The translations under genes and the position numbers were made by a program. Under the pieces are notes generated by a model. The model was given only the letters and a program-made list of their open reading frames with translations, made no database searches and had not been told where the DNA came from. This document shows positions 18,487 to 28,858 of a stretch of 64,000 nt of DNA, piece after piece. Numbering within the stretch: the first letter of the stretch is position 1; every line of letters begins with the position of its first letter. Source of the stretch: Rikenellaceae bacterium (lineage in GTDB: Bacteria > Bacteroidota > Bacteroidia > Bacteroidales > Rikenellaceae); the NCBI GenBank assembly GCA_047178665.1, contig JBCQTK010000005.1:8722-72721 (forward strand), written 5' to 3'.

Positions 18487-20508
18487 TTACTTTTCGTTAT
18501 TGTCTTCTACCGATCTCTCCTCTTCCTTAACCTCTACAGGGCTCTCAGTCTCGGCGTCAATTTTCTCTACTTCTGTCTCAACCACCTTCGAGGGTGCGGC
18601 GTTGCCTCCCTTGCGTGCGCCAAGTATTCGCTCCACATCTTCGGTGAAGATCACCTCGCGCTCTAGCAGTAGCTCCGCAATTTGTGTCATCTCCGCCCTC
18701 TTTTCGCTCAATATCTTCTCTGCCATTGCATACGCCTCGCTCAATATCTCGCGTGCTTCGACGTCGATCTTCTGTGCTGTGCTCTCCGAGTATGGCTTCG
18801 TGAAGCTCATCTCGCCACCCGTCGAGTCGAAGTAGCTCAAGTTGCCCACTTCGCGCCCCATACCGTAGTACGACACCATCGCATACGCCATCTTCGTCGC
18901 GCGCTCCAGGTCGTTGAGTGCACCTGTCGAGATCTGCCCAAATGTGAGTTGCTCCGATGCTCGTCCGCCCATCAGCGACGCCATCTCCTCCATCAAGTGT
19001 TCGCGGATGGTGATCTGTCGCTCCTCGGGGAGATACCACGCTGCGCCGAGCGCCTTTCCGCGTGGGATGATCGTCACCTTGATTAGCGGATTTGCCGACT
19101 CCAGCAACCAGCTAACTGTGGCGTGTCCCGCCTCGTGGTAGGCAATGCGTCGTTTCTCGTCGTCGGAGATGATCTTGTTCTTGCGCTCCATTCCGCCGAT
19201 TATGCGATCTACTGCCGCCAAGAAGTCATCCTTCTCGACCTGTGCCTTGTCGTGGCGTGCTGCGATCAGTGCCGCCTCGTTGCATACGTTCGCTATGTCG
19301 GCACCCGAGAATCCAGGGGTCTGCTTTGCGAGGAATGTGCGGTCGAGCGTTGGGTCGAGCTTTATCTTGCGCAGGTGCACATCGAATATCTGCTCGCGCT
19401 CTGTCACATCGGGCAGACCCACGTCGATCTGACGGTCGAAACGACCTGCTCGCATCAGCGCTTTGTCGAGTATGTCGGCTCGATTCGTCGCCGCCAACAC
19501 AATCACTCCTGCGTTAGTCTGGAATCCATCCATCTCCGTCAACAGCTGGTTGAGCGTATTTTCGCGCTCGTCGTTGCTCGAAAAACCTGCGTTCTTGCCG
19601 CGTGCACGACCTATTGCGTCGATCTCGTCGATAAACAGGATGCAGGGCGACTTCTTCTTAGCCTGCTCAAAGAGATCGCGCACTCTCGACGCACCCACTC
19701 CAACGAACATCTCCACAAAGTCTGAGCCCGAGATAGAGAGGAACGGCACATTCGCCTCGCCTGCCACAGCCTTCGCCAACAACGTCTTTCCCGTTCCGGG
19801 AGGGCCTGCTAGCAGTGCCCCCTTAGGGATCTTCGCCCCAAGCTCCTTATACTTGTCGGACTTCTTCAGGAAGTCTACGATCTCCATAATCTCGATCTTT
19901 GCCTCTTCGAGACCTGCCACATCCTTGAATGTGATCTTGCGGTCTGCCGCCTCCTGGTCGTAGACCTGCGCTCGCGCCTTGCCCACATTCATTATGCCGC
20001 CGCCTGCACCGCCGCCTGCGCCGCCTCGCATACTGCGCATAATGAAGAACCAGAACCCGATGATAAGCACCCACGGCAATATGTTGACAAGCACCTCGCT
20101 CCAGCCGCCACTCTGAGTGACGTAGACTACAGGTATCTCGTCGCCCGACACAGCGATCGCCGCAGCCAGATCCTCGCGGAAGGCGTCGACAGAGGCTATC
20201 GTGAAGTAGAGCTGCACACCGCGTTGCGGTATTTTATTATAAGTATCGTCGACCTCGCTCGTGCGGTATCGCTCCGCTGCACTATCGGTGAGGAAGATCT
20301 CCGCAACGTCGCGGTTGATAACTCGGATGCTCTGCACATCTCCGTCAACGACCATCTGCTCCACCGCCATCCAGTTGCTCTCCACCGCCTCCTCGCTCTC
20401 GCTCGTGAAGAAGTAGTAGCCCACCATCAGTGCGGCAATTATGACATAGAGCCACATCCACGACGGACGCTTCGGACCTCCACCTCTATTTGTATTACTC
20501 TGTTTCAT
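18487..20508 (-). CDS. ftsH: ATP-dependent zinc metalloprotease FtsH
   Basis: Two TMs, [17 protein letters not shown] region AGRFDR, HEAGH. Confidence 0.98.
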   Translation of the reverse strand: MKQSNTNRGGGPKRPSWMWLYVIIAALMVGYYFFTSESEEAVESNWMAVEQMVVDGDVQSIRVINRDVAEIFLTDSAAERYRTSEVDDTYNKIPQRGVQLYFTIASVDAFREDLAAAIAVSGDEIPVVYVTQSGGWSEVLVNILPWVLIIGFWFFIMRSMRGGAGGGAGGGIMNVGKARAQVYDQEAADRKITFKDVAGLEEAKIEIMEIVDFLKKSDKYKELGAKIPKGALLAGPPGTGKTLLAKAVAGEANVPFLSISGSDFVEMFVGVGASRVRDLFEQAKKKSPCILFIDEIDAIGRARGKNAGFSSNDERENTLNQLLTEMDGFQTNAGVIVLAATNRADILDKALMRAGRFDRQIDVGLPDVTEREQIFDVHLRKIKLDPTLDRTFLAKQTPGFSGADIANVCNEAALIAARHDKAQVEKDDFLAAVDRIIGGMERKNKIISDDEKRRIAYHEAGHATVSWLLESANPLIKVTIIPRGKALGAAWYLPEERQITIREHLMEEMASLMGGRASEQLTFGQISTGALNDLERATKMAYAMVSYYGMGREVGNLSYFDSTGGEMSFTKPYSESTAQKIDVEAREILSEAYAMAEKILSEKRAEMTQIAELLLEREVIFTEDVERILGARKGGNAAPSKVVETEVEKIDAETESPVEVKEEERSVEDNNEK

Positions 20509-20549
20509 ATCTATCTCTCTGTTCTAACTTGTTTTGTGGAATAGTAGTG

Positions 20550-20939
20550 CTACTCTTCGCTTTCGTACTCGGTGCGGATTGCGTCCGACCACAACTGCTC
20601 AAGTCTGTAGAAGTCGCGTAGCTCCGTCTGGAAGATGTGAACAACCACATCGATGTAGTCCATTGCGACCCACAGACCCATCTGTCGTCCCTCCACGCGG
20701 TGAAGTTTCTCGCCTAGCTTCTGCTCCATCATCTCCTCCACGCCGTTCGAGATCGCCTCTACCTGCGTTGTCGAATCTGCGTGACACACCACAAAGTGTG
20801 TGCAGATTGCGCCGTCGAAGCCGCTCATATCGAGCGATGCTATCTTCTTTCCCTTCTTATCCTGAATCGCCTCGACTATTGTCGCTAGCATCTGGTCTGT
20901 TGTTGCCTCCATCTTATCTGTTGTTGTCATTTTATTCAT
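20550..20939 (-). CDS. rsfS: Ribosome silencing factor RsfS
   Basis: DKKG, STTQV, WVAMDYIDVVVHIF, FYRLEQLW. -7 element TATTTTTG at 21020-21013. Confidence 0.95.
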   Translation of the reverse strand: MNKMTTTDKMEATTDQMLATIVEAIQDKKGKKIASLDMSGFDGAICTHFVVCHADSTTQVEAISNGVEEMMEQKLGEKLHRVEGRQMGLWVAMDYIDVVVHIFQTELRDFYRLEQLWSDAIRTEYESEE

Positions 20940-21055
20940 AAATATACCTCTCTTTATCACTTTTTTTTAACATTATAACTCCTAACTCCTCTCTTAAATT
21001 GTAATTGGTTTGCAAAAATACGAAAAACAAATGAGAATACGACCAATAATATTAA

Positions 21056-21961
21056 CTATATTTTAACCGTGGGCTCGCAACACTTCATAATTGTCTCATT
21101 CAGAGCCTGTACGATAGAGCTCTTTACGTATGTTCGTCTCACTGCCACCGCGATCTTTCGCGATGTTGTGTTCTCCGCCAAACTCTTGATGCGCGAGTGG
21201 TGGCGACGAGGGATATACTCCAACGAGATCTGCGGTATGATCGTCAGGTTGGGCGTACAGTCGACAATGCGGATCAGTGTGTCGATCGACCCCGAGACGA
21301 ATGTGTAGTGCGACGAGGGGTTGGCGTTCTTCGCCACACATAGCTCCAGCACCTGGTCGCGCATACAGTTGCCGCAGCTCAGCAACACGAGGTCGCGCAT
21401 ATCTATGTCGCTCACCTCCACATTCTTCTTGCTCGATAGTGCGTGGTCGGGCGACACGTAGGCGTAGAAGGTGTCGTCGAAGAGTGGGTGTTCCACTATC
21501 CCCTCTCCGCAGGTTCCACCAGCGACGAGGGCGGCATCTATCTGGTCGCGTTTGAGCGCCTCGATTATGTCTGCCGTGACCATATCGCGTATCTCTAGCT
21601 CCACCTTGGGGTACTTCGCCACAAAGGTGGGGATGAATTTGTGGAGCAGATATGGCGAGATCGTGGGGATCACGCCGAGGCGCAGCTTGCCGATCGTCTC
21701 GCCTTTGAGCTCTGCGACCGACTCGCGTATGTTGTTGTACGCCATAATGGTGTTGCGCGCCTCCGCTATCACCACCTGCCCCGCCTCGGTCGGTATCACG
21801 GGCTTGTGGGAGCGGTCGAGCAGAATCACACCCAGCTCCTCTTCGAGCGACTTGATCTGCATACTCAGCGAGGGTTGTGTGACGAAACAGCGCTCCGCCG
21901 CAGCCGAGAAGCTGCCGTAATTTGCTACTGCTAAGAGATATTCCAGTTGTATTATGGTCAT
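21056..21961 (-). CDS. oxyR: LysR-family peroxide sensor OxyR
   Basis: LysR HTH (VTQPSLSMQIK), GVIPTISPYLL, and the redox pair GNCMRDQVLELC (C-x8-C as in OxyR). Confidence 0.88.
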   Translation of the reverse strand: MTIIQLEYLLAVANYGSFSAAAERCFVTQPSLSMQIKSLEEELGVILLDRSHKPVIPTEAGQVVIAEARNTIMAYNNIRESVAELKGETIGKLRLGVIPTISPYLLHKFIPTFVAKYPKVELEIRDMVTADIIEALKRDQIDAALVAGGTCGEGIVEHPLFDDTFYAYVSPDHALSSKKNVEVSDIDMRDLVLLSCGNCMRDQVLELCVAKNANPSSHYTFVSGSIDTLIRIVDCTPNLTIIPQISLEYIPRRHHSRIKSLAENTTSRKIAVAVRRTYVKSSIVQALNETIMKCCEPTVKI

Positions 21962-22006
21962 AGTTTTGGTTGTGTTGTAGTCATAGGTTGCTGTAATTTA
22001 ACATTA

Positions 22007-22073
22007 CAAATATATAAAAAAAAATTATAGCACGCAACTTTTGCACAACCTCAAATAGTTTTTTATACCTTTG
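22007..22073. promoter_or_regulatory. Divergent -7 elements for oxyR (-) and trpS (+)
   Basis: TATATTTG on the - strand (22014-22007) and TACCTTTG on the + strand (22066-22073). Confidence 0.6.
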
Positions 22074-22121
22074 TGGCGAAATTTATAGTAAAACGGACGA
22101 AACAAAGAATAAAATTATAAG

Positions 22122-23111
22122 ATGGAAACTGTACTAAGCGGTATTCGCCCCACTGGGCAACTTCACCTCGGCAACTACTTCGGAGCACTCAAAAACTTCA
22201 CTAAGATGCAGCACGACGCAAACTGCTTCTTCTTCATTGCCGACTATCACGCGCTGACAACTCACCCTGACCCTAAGTCGCTCCACACCAACATCCGCGG
22301 TGTGCTGGCTGAGTATCTAGCGGCGGGGCTCGACCCCGAGGTCGCTACTATATATATACAGAGCGATGTGCCGCAGGTGACAGAGCTCTCGTCGTTGCTC
22401 TCGATGCACGCCTACCTCGGCGAGTTGGAGCGCACTGTGTCGTTCAAGGATAAGGCGCGCAAACAACCCAACAACGTCAATGCAGGTCTGCTCTGCTACC
22501 CCGTGTTGATGGCGGCGGACATATTGCTACATCGTGCGGCGAAGGTGCCTGTGGGTAAGGATCAGGAGCAACACTTGGAGCTCACGCGCGTATTTGCTCG
22601 TCGTTTCAACAACTTCTATGGTGTCGACTTCTTCCCCGAGAGCCAGGCATACAACTTCGGTGCTGAGACGGTGAAGATCCCAGGGCTCGACGGCTCGGGT
22701 AAGATGGGCAAGAGCGAGGGCAACTGTGTCTACCTCTCAGACTCCGACGAGGTGATCCGCAAGAAGGTGATGAAGGCTAAGACAGACTCGGGTGTCACCA
22801 TCCCCAACTCTCCAATCAGCGAGCCTGTGCAGAACATATTTACAATTATGGAGTCGGTCTCTGAGGCGTCGACCATAGAGTATTTCAAGGATAAGTATGC
22901 ATCGTGCGAGATCCGCTACGGCGACCTCAAGAAGCAGCTCGCAGAGGATATTATCAAGGCGGTGAGCCCCATCCGCGAGAGAATCCAGGAGATCTACAAC
23001 AACGACAAATATCTCCACGAGGTGACAGCCGCAGGGGCGGAGAAGGCGCGCAAATCTGCCGACGAGACTGTTCGTCAGGTGCGCGAGATAATGGGTATCT
23101 ACCACTTCTAG
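22122..23111 (+). CDS. trpS: Tryptophan--tRNA ligase
   Basis: SGIRPTGQLHLGNY, VPVGKDQ, KMGKS. Confidence 0.98.
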   Translation: METVLSGIRPTGQLHLGNYFGALKNFTKMQHDANCFFFIADYHALTTHPDPKSLHTNIRGVLAEYLAAGLDPEVATIYIQSDVPQVTELSSLLSMHAYLGELERTVSFKDKARKQPNNVNAGLLCYPVLMAADILLHRAAKVPVGKDQEQHLELTRVFARRFNNFYGVDFFPESQAYNFGAETVKIPGLDGSGKMGKSEGNCVYLSDSDEVIRKKVMKAKTDSGVTIPNSPISEPVQNIFTIMESVSEASTIEYFKDKYASCEIRYGDLKKQLAEDIIKAVSPIRERIQEIYNNDKYLHEVTAAGAEKARKSADETVRQVREIMGIYHF

Positions 23112-23137
23112 TTTAATTCGTAGAGTCCTAAGAGATT

Positions 23138-24919
23138 ATGTTTCAACAATACGAGAGGATATACAACTTCCTGCTGCGCCTGAGCCAAAGGATGAGCAAT
23201 CGTCAGATGATGATTATGCTCGCCGTAATCGTGGGTCTGTTGGCAGGTTTTGCCACCTACATATTTGAGATTCTGCTCCACACCATCAAGGTGGGGTTGG
23301 TCAGCTGGTTCAATGACGAGGAGTCGCAGATTCTTCTGCTATTTTATCCAGTCATCGGTATTATCCTGGTTACGCTCTTCGTGAAGCATATCGTCCGCGA
23401 CAACATCTCGGAGGGTGTGACGCGAGTGCTCTACGCCATCTCTAGCCGCAACTCGAAGCTCCCGACGCACAACACGTGGAGCTCGATTGTAGCCTCATCG
23501 ACGACCCTCGGTTTCGGAGGTTCGGTGGGACCCGAGGCACCTATCGTCTTGACGGGTGCTGCGATCGGCTCGAAGGTGGGTCAGGTGGCTCGACTCAACT
23601 ATAAGCATACGACACTGCTGCTCTGCTGCGGTGCTGGTGCTGCGCTCGCAGCGATCTTCAAAGCGCCGATTACGGGCGTGGTGTTCGTGCTTGAGATATT
23701 GATGCTCGACATCACCATTGGGTCGATCCTGCCACTGCTCATCTCCTCTATCACGGCGACGACTATCGCCTTTATGCTGAGGGGGTTTGACCCTATATTG
23801 GCGGTGCAGCTGACCGAGGCGGATGCGTTTCTGCTGTGGCAGATTCCGCTCTTTCTGCTGCTTGGTGTGGCGTGTGGTTTGATGTCGTTCTACCTCACCT
23901 CGGTCAACGACTGGGTGGGTGGGCTATTCCGAAAGATCAAGCGGCAGTGGGTCAAGTGGCTCGTTGGCGGTGTGGTCATAGGTCTGTTGATCTACATCTT
24001 CCCACCTCTCTATGGCGAGGGTTATGAGGGTATCACGGCGCTTATGCAGGGCGATCCGCAGCGTCTGTTCGACAACTCTCTCTTTGTCGAGTTCCGCACA
24101 GTCGATTGGGTTTTGATCCTCTTTCTCGTTGCGACGATGATCTTCAAGGTGATCGCTATGGCGACGACGACGGCTGCAGGAGGTGTCGGTGGTACATTCG
24201 CGCCGTCGCTCTTTATGGGTGCGTTTACGGGCGCTACGTTGGCTGTGGTGTGCAACTCTATCTTCGGGATGGAGCTCTCGATCATCTCGTTTACGTTGGT
24301 CGGTATGTCGGGCGTTATGTCGGGTGTGATGAATGCTCCGCTCACCTCGATCTTCCTCATTGCGGAGCTATCGAGCGGTTATGGGCTATTTATTCCGTTG
24401 ATGATGGTGTCGTCGATCGCATTTGCGGTGAACTACTATCTCGAACCTGAGTCGATCTACACCAAACCCCTCAGCAAGTCGGGCGAGCTACTCACCCACA
24501 ACAAGGATCAGTCGGCGCTAGTATTCCTCAAGGTCAATGATCTGATGGAGACCGATTTCGTGCGCCTCAAAGAGTTCAACACCCTCGGCGACTTGGTGCA
24601 CATCATCTCCTCGGCGCATCGCAACATATTCCCTGTGATCGACAACTTTGGCAAGCTCCTCGGAGTGGTGCAGCTCGACGATCTGCGCGAGGATATGTTC
24701 AAGCCCAAAAGGTATAGCAACTCGATCCGACACTACACCTCGCAGCCGCGCGACAAGATAGTTGAGGGGGAGTCGATACAGAGCGTGCTCGCTAAGTTCG
24801 ACAACAAACATACGTGGATGTTGCCCGTGGTGACTGTCGAGAATAGATACCTAGGATTCATCTCTAAGTCGCAGATTCTCAACGCATATCGCGAGCAGTT
24901 GATAAAAATATCGCAGTAG
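23138..24919 (+). CDS. ClC-family chloride channel/transporter with CBS domains
   Basis: GSVGPEAP, FKAPITG, GGTFAP and a C-terminal CBS pair. Confidence 0.92.
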   Translation: MFQQYERIYNFLLRLSQRMSNRQMMIMLAVIVGLLAGFATYIFEILLHTIKVGLVSWFNDEESQILLLFYPVIGIILVTLFVKHIVRDNISEGVTRVLYAISSRNSKLPTHNTWSSIVASSTTLGFGGSVGPEAPIVLTGAAIGSKVGQVARLNYKHTTLLLCCGAGAALAAIFKAPITGVVFVLEILMLDITIGSILPLLISSITATTIAFMLRGFDPILAVQLTEADAFLLWQIPLFLLLGVACGLMSFYLTSVNDWVGGLFRKIKRQWVKWLVGGVVIGLLIYIFPPLYGEGYEGITALMQGDPQRLFDNSLFVEFRTVDWVLILFLVATMIFKVIAMATTTAAGGVGGTFAPSLFMGAFTGATLAVVCNSIFGMELSIISFTLVGMSGVMSGVMNAPLTSIFLIAELSSGYGLFIPLMMVSSIAFAVNYYLEPESIYTKPLSKSGELLTHNKDQSALVFLKVNDLMETDFVRLKEFNTLGDLVHIISSAHRNIFPVIDNFGKLLGVVQLDDLREDMFKPKRYSNSIRHYTSQPRDKIVEGESIQSVLAKFDNKHTWMLPVVTVENRYLGFISKSQILNAYREQLIKISQ

Positions 24920-24923
24920 AACG

Positions 24924-25280
24924 ATGAACAGACCGCCGCTAAAGGGGATAGCTATTATCCTCCTCATATACCTCGTCGGCGAGGTGCTGAGCCCCCTCAT
25001 TGGGGGGATATTGCCGGGCAGCGTGCTTGGTATGATTATGCTCTTCGTGATGCTCCAGTGTGGGGTGGTCGCGGAGGAGACTATTGAGGGTGTGTCTGGC
25101 TTTGTCCTGCGCAATATGATGTTGCTGTTTGTCCCCGTCACGGTGGGGCTTATGGTGAGCTACAAGCTGCTGAGCGATAGTTGGTTGGGGGCTGTGGCAG
25201 CTATCGTGATCTCGACATTGATGGTCTTTGCGGTGGTCGGCATTCTACAACAAATTATGGGACGATGGAGACAACGATGA
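24924..25280 (+). CDS. CidA/LrgA family protein
   Basis: LPGSVLGM and LLFVPVTVG motifs. Confidence 0.9.
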   Translation: MNRPPLKGIAIILLIYLVGEVLSPLIGGILPGSVLGMIMLFVMLQCGVVAEETIEGVSGFVLRNMMLLFVPVTVGLMVSYKLLSDSWLGAVAAIVISTLMVFAVVGILQQIMGRWRQR

Positions 25281-25984
25281 TATACGACGCGTGGCGCTCT
25301 TTGGCTACCTCCGACCTCGCACTGCTCACCCTCACTGTCGGTGTCTACTACGTTGCGCAGTGGCTGCAGCGACGTAGTGGCGTGAGCTTCGTCCACCCGA
25401 TCTTGATCTCGGCGTCGGCAATAATGGCGATCCTCAGCGTGTGCGACATACCATACTCGCGCTACTTCGAGGCGAATAGTGTCATCCACTTCTTCCTCGG
25501 CTTCTCGGTGCTCTGTTTGGCATATCCGATGCATCAATGCATCAAGGAGCTGAAGGGACAGAAGTTGTCGCTCACGATCACCACCTTTGTGGGTAGTGTG
25601 GTCGGCGTAGTCTCGGTGTGGGGACTTGCGCATCTCTTTGGGTGCGAGGAGGTTATTGTCAACTCTATCCTCACCAAGTCGATCACCTCAGCCATAGCGT
25701 TGCCGCTCACCGAGTCGATCGGTGGCATCCCTGCCATCGCTATGTTGTCGGTTGTGATTGCAGGTGTCGGGGGCAGCATCTTTGGTGTTGGATTCTTGCG
25801 ACTCATAGGGGTCAAGGATCGTGTTGCTGTAGGTGCTGCCCTGGGTTCGGCGTCGCACGCCGTGGGTACGGCGCGAGCCCTCGAACTGGGTGCGCTCGAG
25901 GGGGCTGTTGGTGGTGTGGCGATCTGCCTGATGGGTATCTTTACCTCTCTTTTTATTGGAGTGGCGCAGCTTCTGCTGGCGTAA
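25277..25984 (+). CDS. LrgB/CidB family protein
   Basis: LAYP, KSITSAIA, SHAVGTARA. ATGA overlap with the upstream stop. Confidence 0.9.
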   Translation: MIYDAWRSLATSDLALLTLTVGVYYVAQWLQRRSGVSFVHPILISASAIMAILSVCDIPYSRYFEANSVIHFFLGFSVLCLAYPMHQCIKELKGQKLSLTITTFVGSVVGVVSVWGLAHLFGCEEVIVNSILTKSITSAIALPLTESIGGIPAIAMLSVVIAGVGGSIFGVGFLRLIGVKDRVAVGAALGSASHAVGTARALELGALEGAVGGVAICLMGIFTSLFIGVAQLLLA

Positions 25985-27284
25985 CCCTCTCTCTCCACTT
26001 GACTAAGGCGCGACTCATTGCGACCGCTTTTTTCGACTCTATCCCTGCGAGATTCTTGCTCTCTGCGACATCTGTCGAGAGGTCAAACAGGTAGCTTATA
26101 TCTTTGTTCTTCACAAACTTCCAGTTGCCGCTGCGCATTGCCGACCAGCCGCTGCTGTTGTTCCAGTAGAGATCGCGCGAAGGTAGCGCTTTGCCTTTGA
26201 GCAGGTGAGGCAATATATCTATGCCATCGAGTCTCTGAGTAACGCTCTTGGGTAGCTCGCCGCCGACCATCGAGATGAGTGTGGGGAGTAGATCCATCGA
26301 TATAACTGTCGAGTCGTAGGTGTATGGCGCTGTGGGTGCGAGAGTTGCACCAGGCGACCAGACGATGAACGGCACGCGATGTCCCCCCTCGAAGAATGTA
26401 CCCTTCGTCCCTCTGTATGGGGCGTTTGACCCCTGTTGGGTGGCGCCATTGTCGGATGTGAAGATGACGATTGTGTTCTCCGCAAGTCCGAGACTTTCGA
26501 GCCTATCAATAATGCTGCCGACCCCCTCGTCGAGCACCTCTATCATCTCTTTGTAGAGCTCCTTCTTGCTCTTCGTCTCGACCTTTGTGGTATCTTTAGT
26601 AGCCCCCTCTTCGTAGCGCTGAATGGGTGAGTTTCTGCCCTGCAGTGGGCTGTGGGGCGCTTCGTGGGGGACGTAGAGGAAGAATGGCTCCGACTGATGC
26701 TCCTCGATAAACTTCACCGCCTTCGCAGTTATCAGGTCGGTCGTATAGCCCTCCTCACGCACCTCCTCTGTGCCGTGTTTCCAGTCGTGTATGTTGACGA
26801 GGTCGAGGTGTGAGTGGTAATCTACGTTGCCAGCTACGTAGCCCTCGAAGTGGTCGAACCCTTGGTGTATGGGGTTGAACTTCTCGGCATATCCCAGGTG
26901 CCACTTGCCGAATATAGCTGTGGTGTAGCCCTGATCCTTGAACGCTTCGGCTAGCGTGTACTCCTCCTGTGGAACTCCCACGTGGCGGTGGTTGGCTGCC
27001 GATATAACCATATCTATTCCGCATCGCTGCTGATAGCGACCCGTCATTAGCGCTGCACGTGTGGGGCTCGATACCGATCCGTTGGTGTGGTAGTCAGTGA
27101 ACTTTATCCCCTCCGCTGCGAGTCGGTCGATGTTGGGGGTGTCGATGTAGTCGCTGCCGTAGCAGCCGATATTGCCCGAGCCGAGGTCATCCGCCATTAT
27201 GAGAATTATGTTGGGCTGAGCCGCTAGCACAGAGGTTGTTGTGGTGGCTGTTGCGCCTAAAAGCAGTAGATTGTTGATCTTCAT
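25953..27284 (-). CDS. Exported Ser-type formylglycine sulfatase (arylsulfatase-like)
   Basis: Signal peptide, PNIILIMADDLG, SSPTRAALMTG, GKWHLG, PHSP, SDNG, GTKG. Confidence 0.93.
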   Translation of the reverse strand: MKINNLLLLGATATTTTSVLAAQPNIILIMADDLGSGNIGCYGSDYIDTPNIDRLAAEGIKFTDYHTNGSVSSPTRAALMTGRYQQRCGIDMVISAANHRHVGVPQEEYTLAEAFKDQGYTTAIFGKWHLGYAEKFNPIHQGFDHFEGYVAGNVDYHSHLDLVNIHDWKHGTEEVREEGYTTDLITAKAVKFIEEHQSEPFFLYVPHEAPHSPLQGRNSPIQRYEEGATKDTTKVETKSKKELYKEMIEVLDEGVGSIIDRLESLGLAENTIVIFTSDNGATQQGSNAPYRGTKGTFFEGGHRVPFIVWSPGATLAPTAPYTYDSTVISMDLLPTLISMVGGELPKSVTQRLDGIDILPHLLKGKALPSRDLYWNNSSGWSAMRSGNWKFVKNKDISYLFDLSTDVAESKNLAGIESKKAVAMSRALVKWRERVTPAEAAPLQ

Positions 27285-27287
27285 TGT

Positions 27288-28040
27288 TTATGGTTTTTGG
27301 TATTTTACGTTGCTAAGAAATAGCCCCTGCGCAGGTGCTCCCGTCGATGCTTTCGAGAGATCTCTCTGCTCGACGAGCGAGTTGAACTCCTCGGGGGTGT
27401 AGCGTCCGCGTCCGACGTCGACGAGTGTGCCTACTATGGCGCGGATCATATTGCGTAGGAAGCGGTCGGCGCGTATCGTGAAGTGCAGTGCACCACTTGG
27501 TTGTCTCTCCCACCTAGCCTCCCTCACGTCGCAGATGTTGGTTGCGTTGCCCGATCCTAGCTTGGCGAATGTGGTGAAGTCGGTGTGGCGTGAGAGATAC
27601 TCCGCCGCGAGGTTCATCTTCTCGATGTCGAGTGCTGTGTTGTATTGCCACGAGGTGTGACGTGTAAAGGGGTTTTTGTGGGGTTCGATGATGTAGGTGT
27701 ATTGGCGCTCTGTGGCGTCGAAACGTGCGTGTGCCTCCGCCGCCACCTCGTATATTCGTTGTATCGCTATGTCGTGGGGCAGGAGAATGTTGAGCTTGTA
27801 GGTGAGCCACTTAGGGTCGAGCGGTTTGTCGTCGGTCTTGCCCTCGAAGTCGAAGTGTGCGACATAGAATGAGGCGTGCACCCCTGTGTCGGTTCGCCCT
27901 GCGCCGACTATTGGTGTGGTGGTGCGCAAGAGTATTGAAAGCGCCTTTTCGATGCTCTCCTGCACTGTTGGGGCGTCGGGCTGGCGCTGCCAACCGCAGT
28001 AGTTTGTGCCGTTGTACGACAGTTCGATGAAATATCTCAT
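27288..28040 (-). CDS. truA: tRNA pseudouridine(38-40) synthase
   Basis: GWQRQ, GAGRTDTGVHA, FLRNMIR. ATG at 28040. Confidence 0.96.
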   Translation of the reverse strand: MRYFIELSYNGTNYCGWQRQPDAPTVQESIEKALSILLRTTTPIVGAGRTDTGVHASFYVAHFDFEGKTDDKPLDPKWLTYKLNILLPHDIAIQRIYEVAAEAHARFDATERQYTYIIEPHKNPFTRHTSWQYNTALDIEKMNLAAEYLSRHTDFTTFAKLGSGNATNICDVREARWERQPSGALHFTIRADRFLRNMIRAIVGTLVDVGRGRYTPEEFNSLVEQRDLSKASTGAPAQGLFLSNVKYQKP

Positions 28041-28045
28041 AGTCA

Positions 28046-28101
28046 CAAAGGTAGAAAAAATGTAAAAGAGTTCCAAATATGGAGGCAATTTTGTATATTT
28101 G
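28046..28101. promoter_or_regulatory. Divergent -7 elements for truA (-) and dapB (+)
   Basis: TACCTTTG on the - strand (28053-28046) and TATATTTG on the + strand (28094-28101). Confidence 0.65.
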
Positions 28102-28131
28102 CCAAAATTAAAAATTAAGAGAGAGATAATT

Positions 28132-28845
28132 ATGAAAGTAGCAATAGTAGGATATGGCAAGATGGGGCGCGAGATCGAGAAGATTCTAGTCGGTAGAGGT
28201 CACACCGTACCCCTCATCATAGATATGAACAACGCCGCAGATCTCAACGCCGAGAATCTAGCGAATGTCGACGTAGCGATAGAGTTCACTACGCCCCACA
28301 CAGCTTATGCGAACCTCAAAACGTGCATCGAGTCGGGTACGCCCGTGGTGAGCGGAACGACAGGTTGGTTGGATCGTTACGAGGAGTTGAAGAGCCTCTG
28401 CGAGGAGCGTGGTAGCGCACTCTTCTACGCCTCGAACTATAGCCTCGGGGTGAACCTTATGTTTAGAATCAACAAGCAGCTGGCGGCGCTGATGAATAAG
28501 TTTGACGGCTACTCTGTCGAGGTGGAGGAGATCCACCACATCCATAAGCTCGATGCACCGAGCGGAACGGCAATCACCATCGCCGAGGGGTTGATCGAGG
28601 AGCTAGACACGATCGAGAGCTGGGTCAACGACAATGTACCTGCGCCCAACGAGGTGGAGATCAAATCTGTGCGCGAGGGCGAAGTTCCAGGGACACACAC
28701 TGTCACCTACGAGTCGGCAGACGATGTATTGGAGCTCAAACACACGATCAAGAACCGCAGTACGTTGGCGTATGGTGCGGTCGTAGCCTCAGAGTTCTTG
28801 TGTGGCAAGGTCGGGGTCTACTCTATGGAGGATATGTTGAAGTAA
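28132..28845 (+). CDS. dapB: 4-hydroxy-tetrahydrodipicolinate reductase
   Basis: GYGKMG, GTTG, EIHHIHKLDAPSGTA. Confidence 0.97.
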   Translation: MKVAIVGYGKMGREIEKILVGRGHTVPLIIDMNNAADLNAENLANVDVAIEFTTPHTAYANLKTCIESGTPVVSGTTGWLDRYEELKSLCEERGSALFYASNYSLGVNLMFRINKQLAALMNKFDGYSVEVEEIHHIHKLDAPSGTAITIAEGLIEELDTIESWVNDNVPAPNEVEIKSVREGEVPGTHTVTYESADDVLELKHTIKNRSTLAYGAVVASEFLCGKVGVYSMEDMLK

Positions 28846-28858
28846 TATCGAAAAGTCG

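Noticed and set aside
21962-22121. OxyR operator regulating trpS
   Set aside because: ATAG half-sites at about 22027 and 22055 lack the canonical ATAG-N7-CTAT spacing; not supportable.
24924-25984. LrgAB as the lysis module for the terminase system
   Set aside because: It is 21 kb away, follows the ClC gene in an apparent operon, has no shared operator, and the family is widespread as metabolite transporters.
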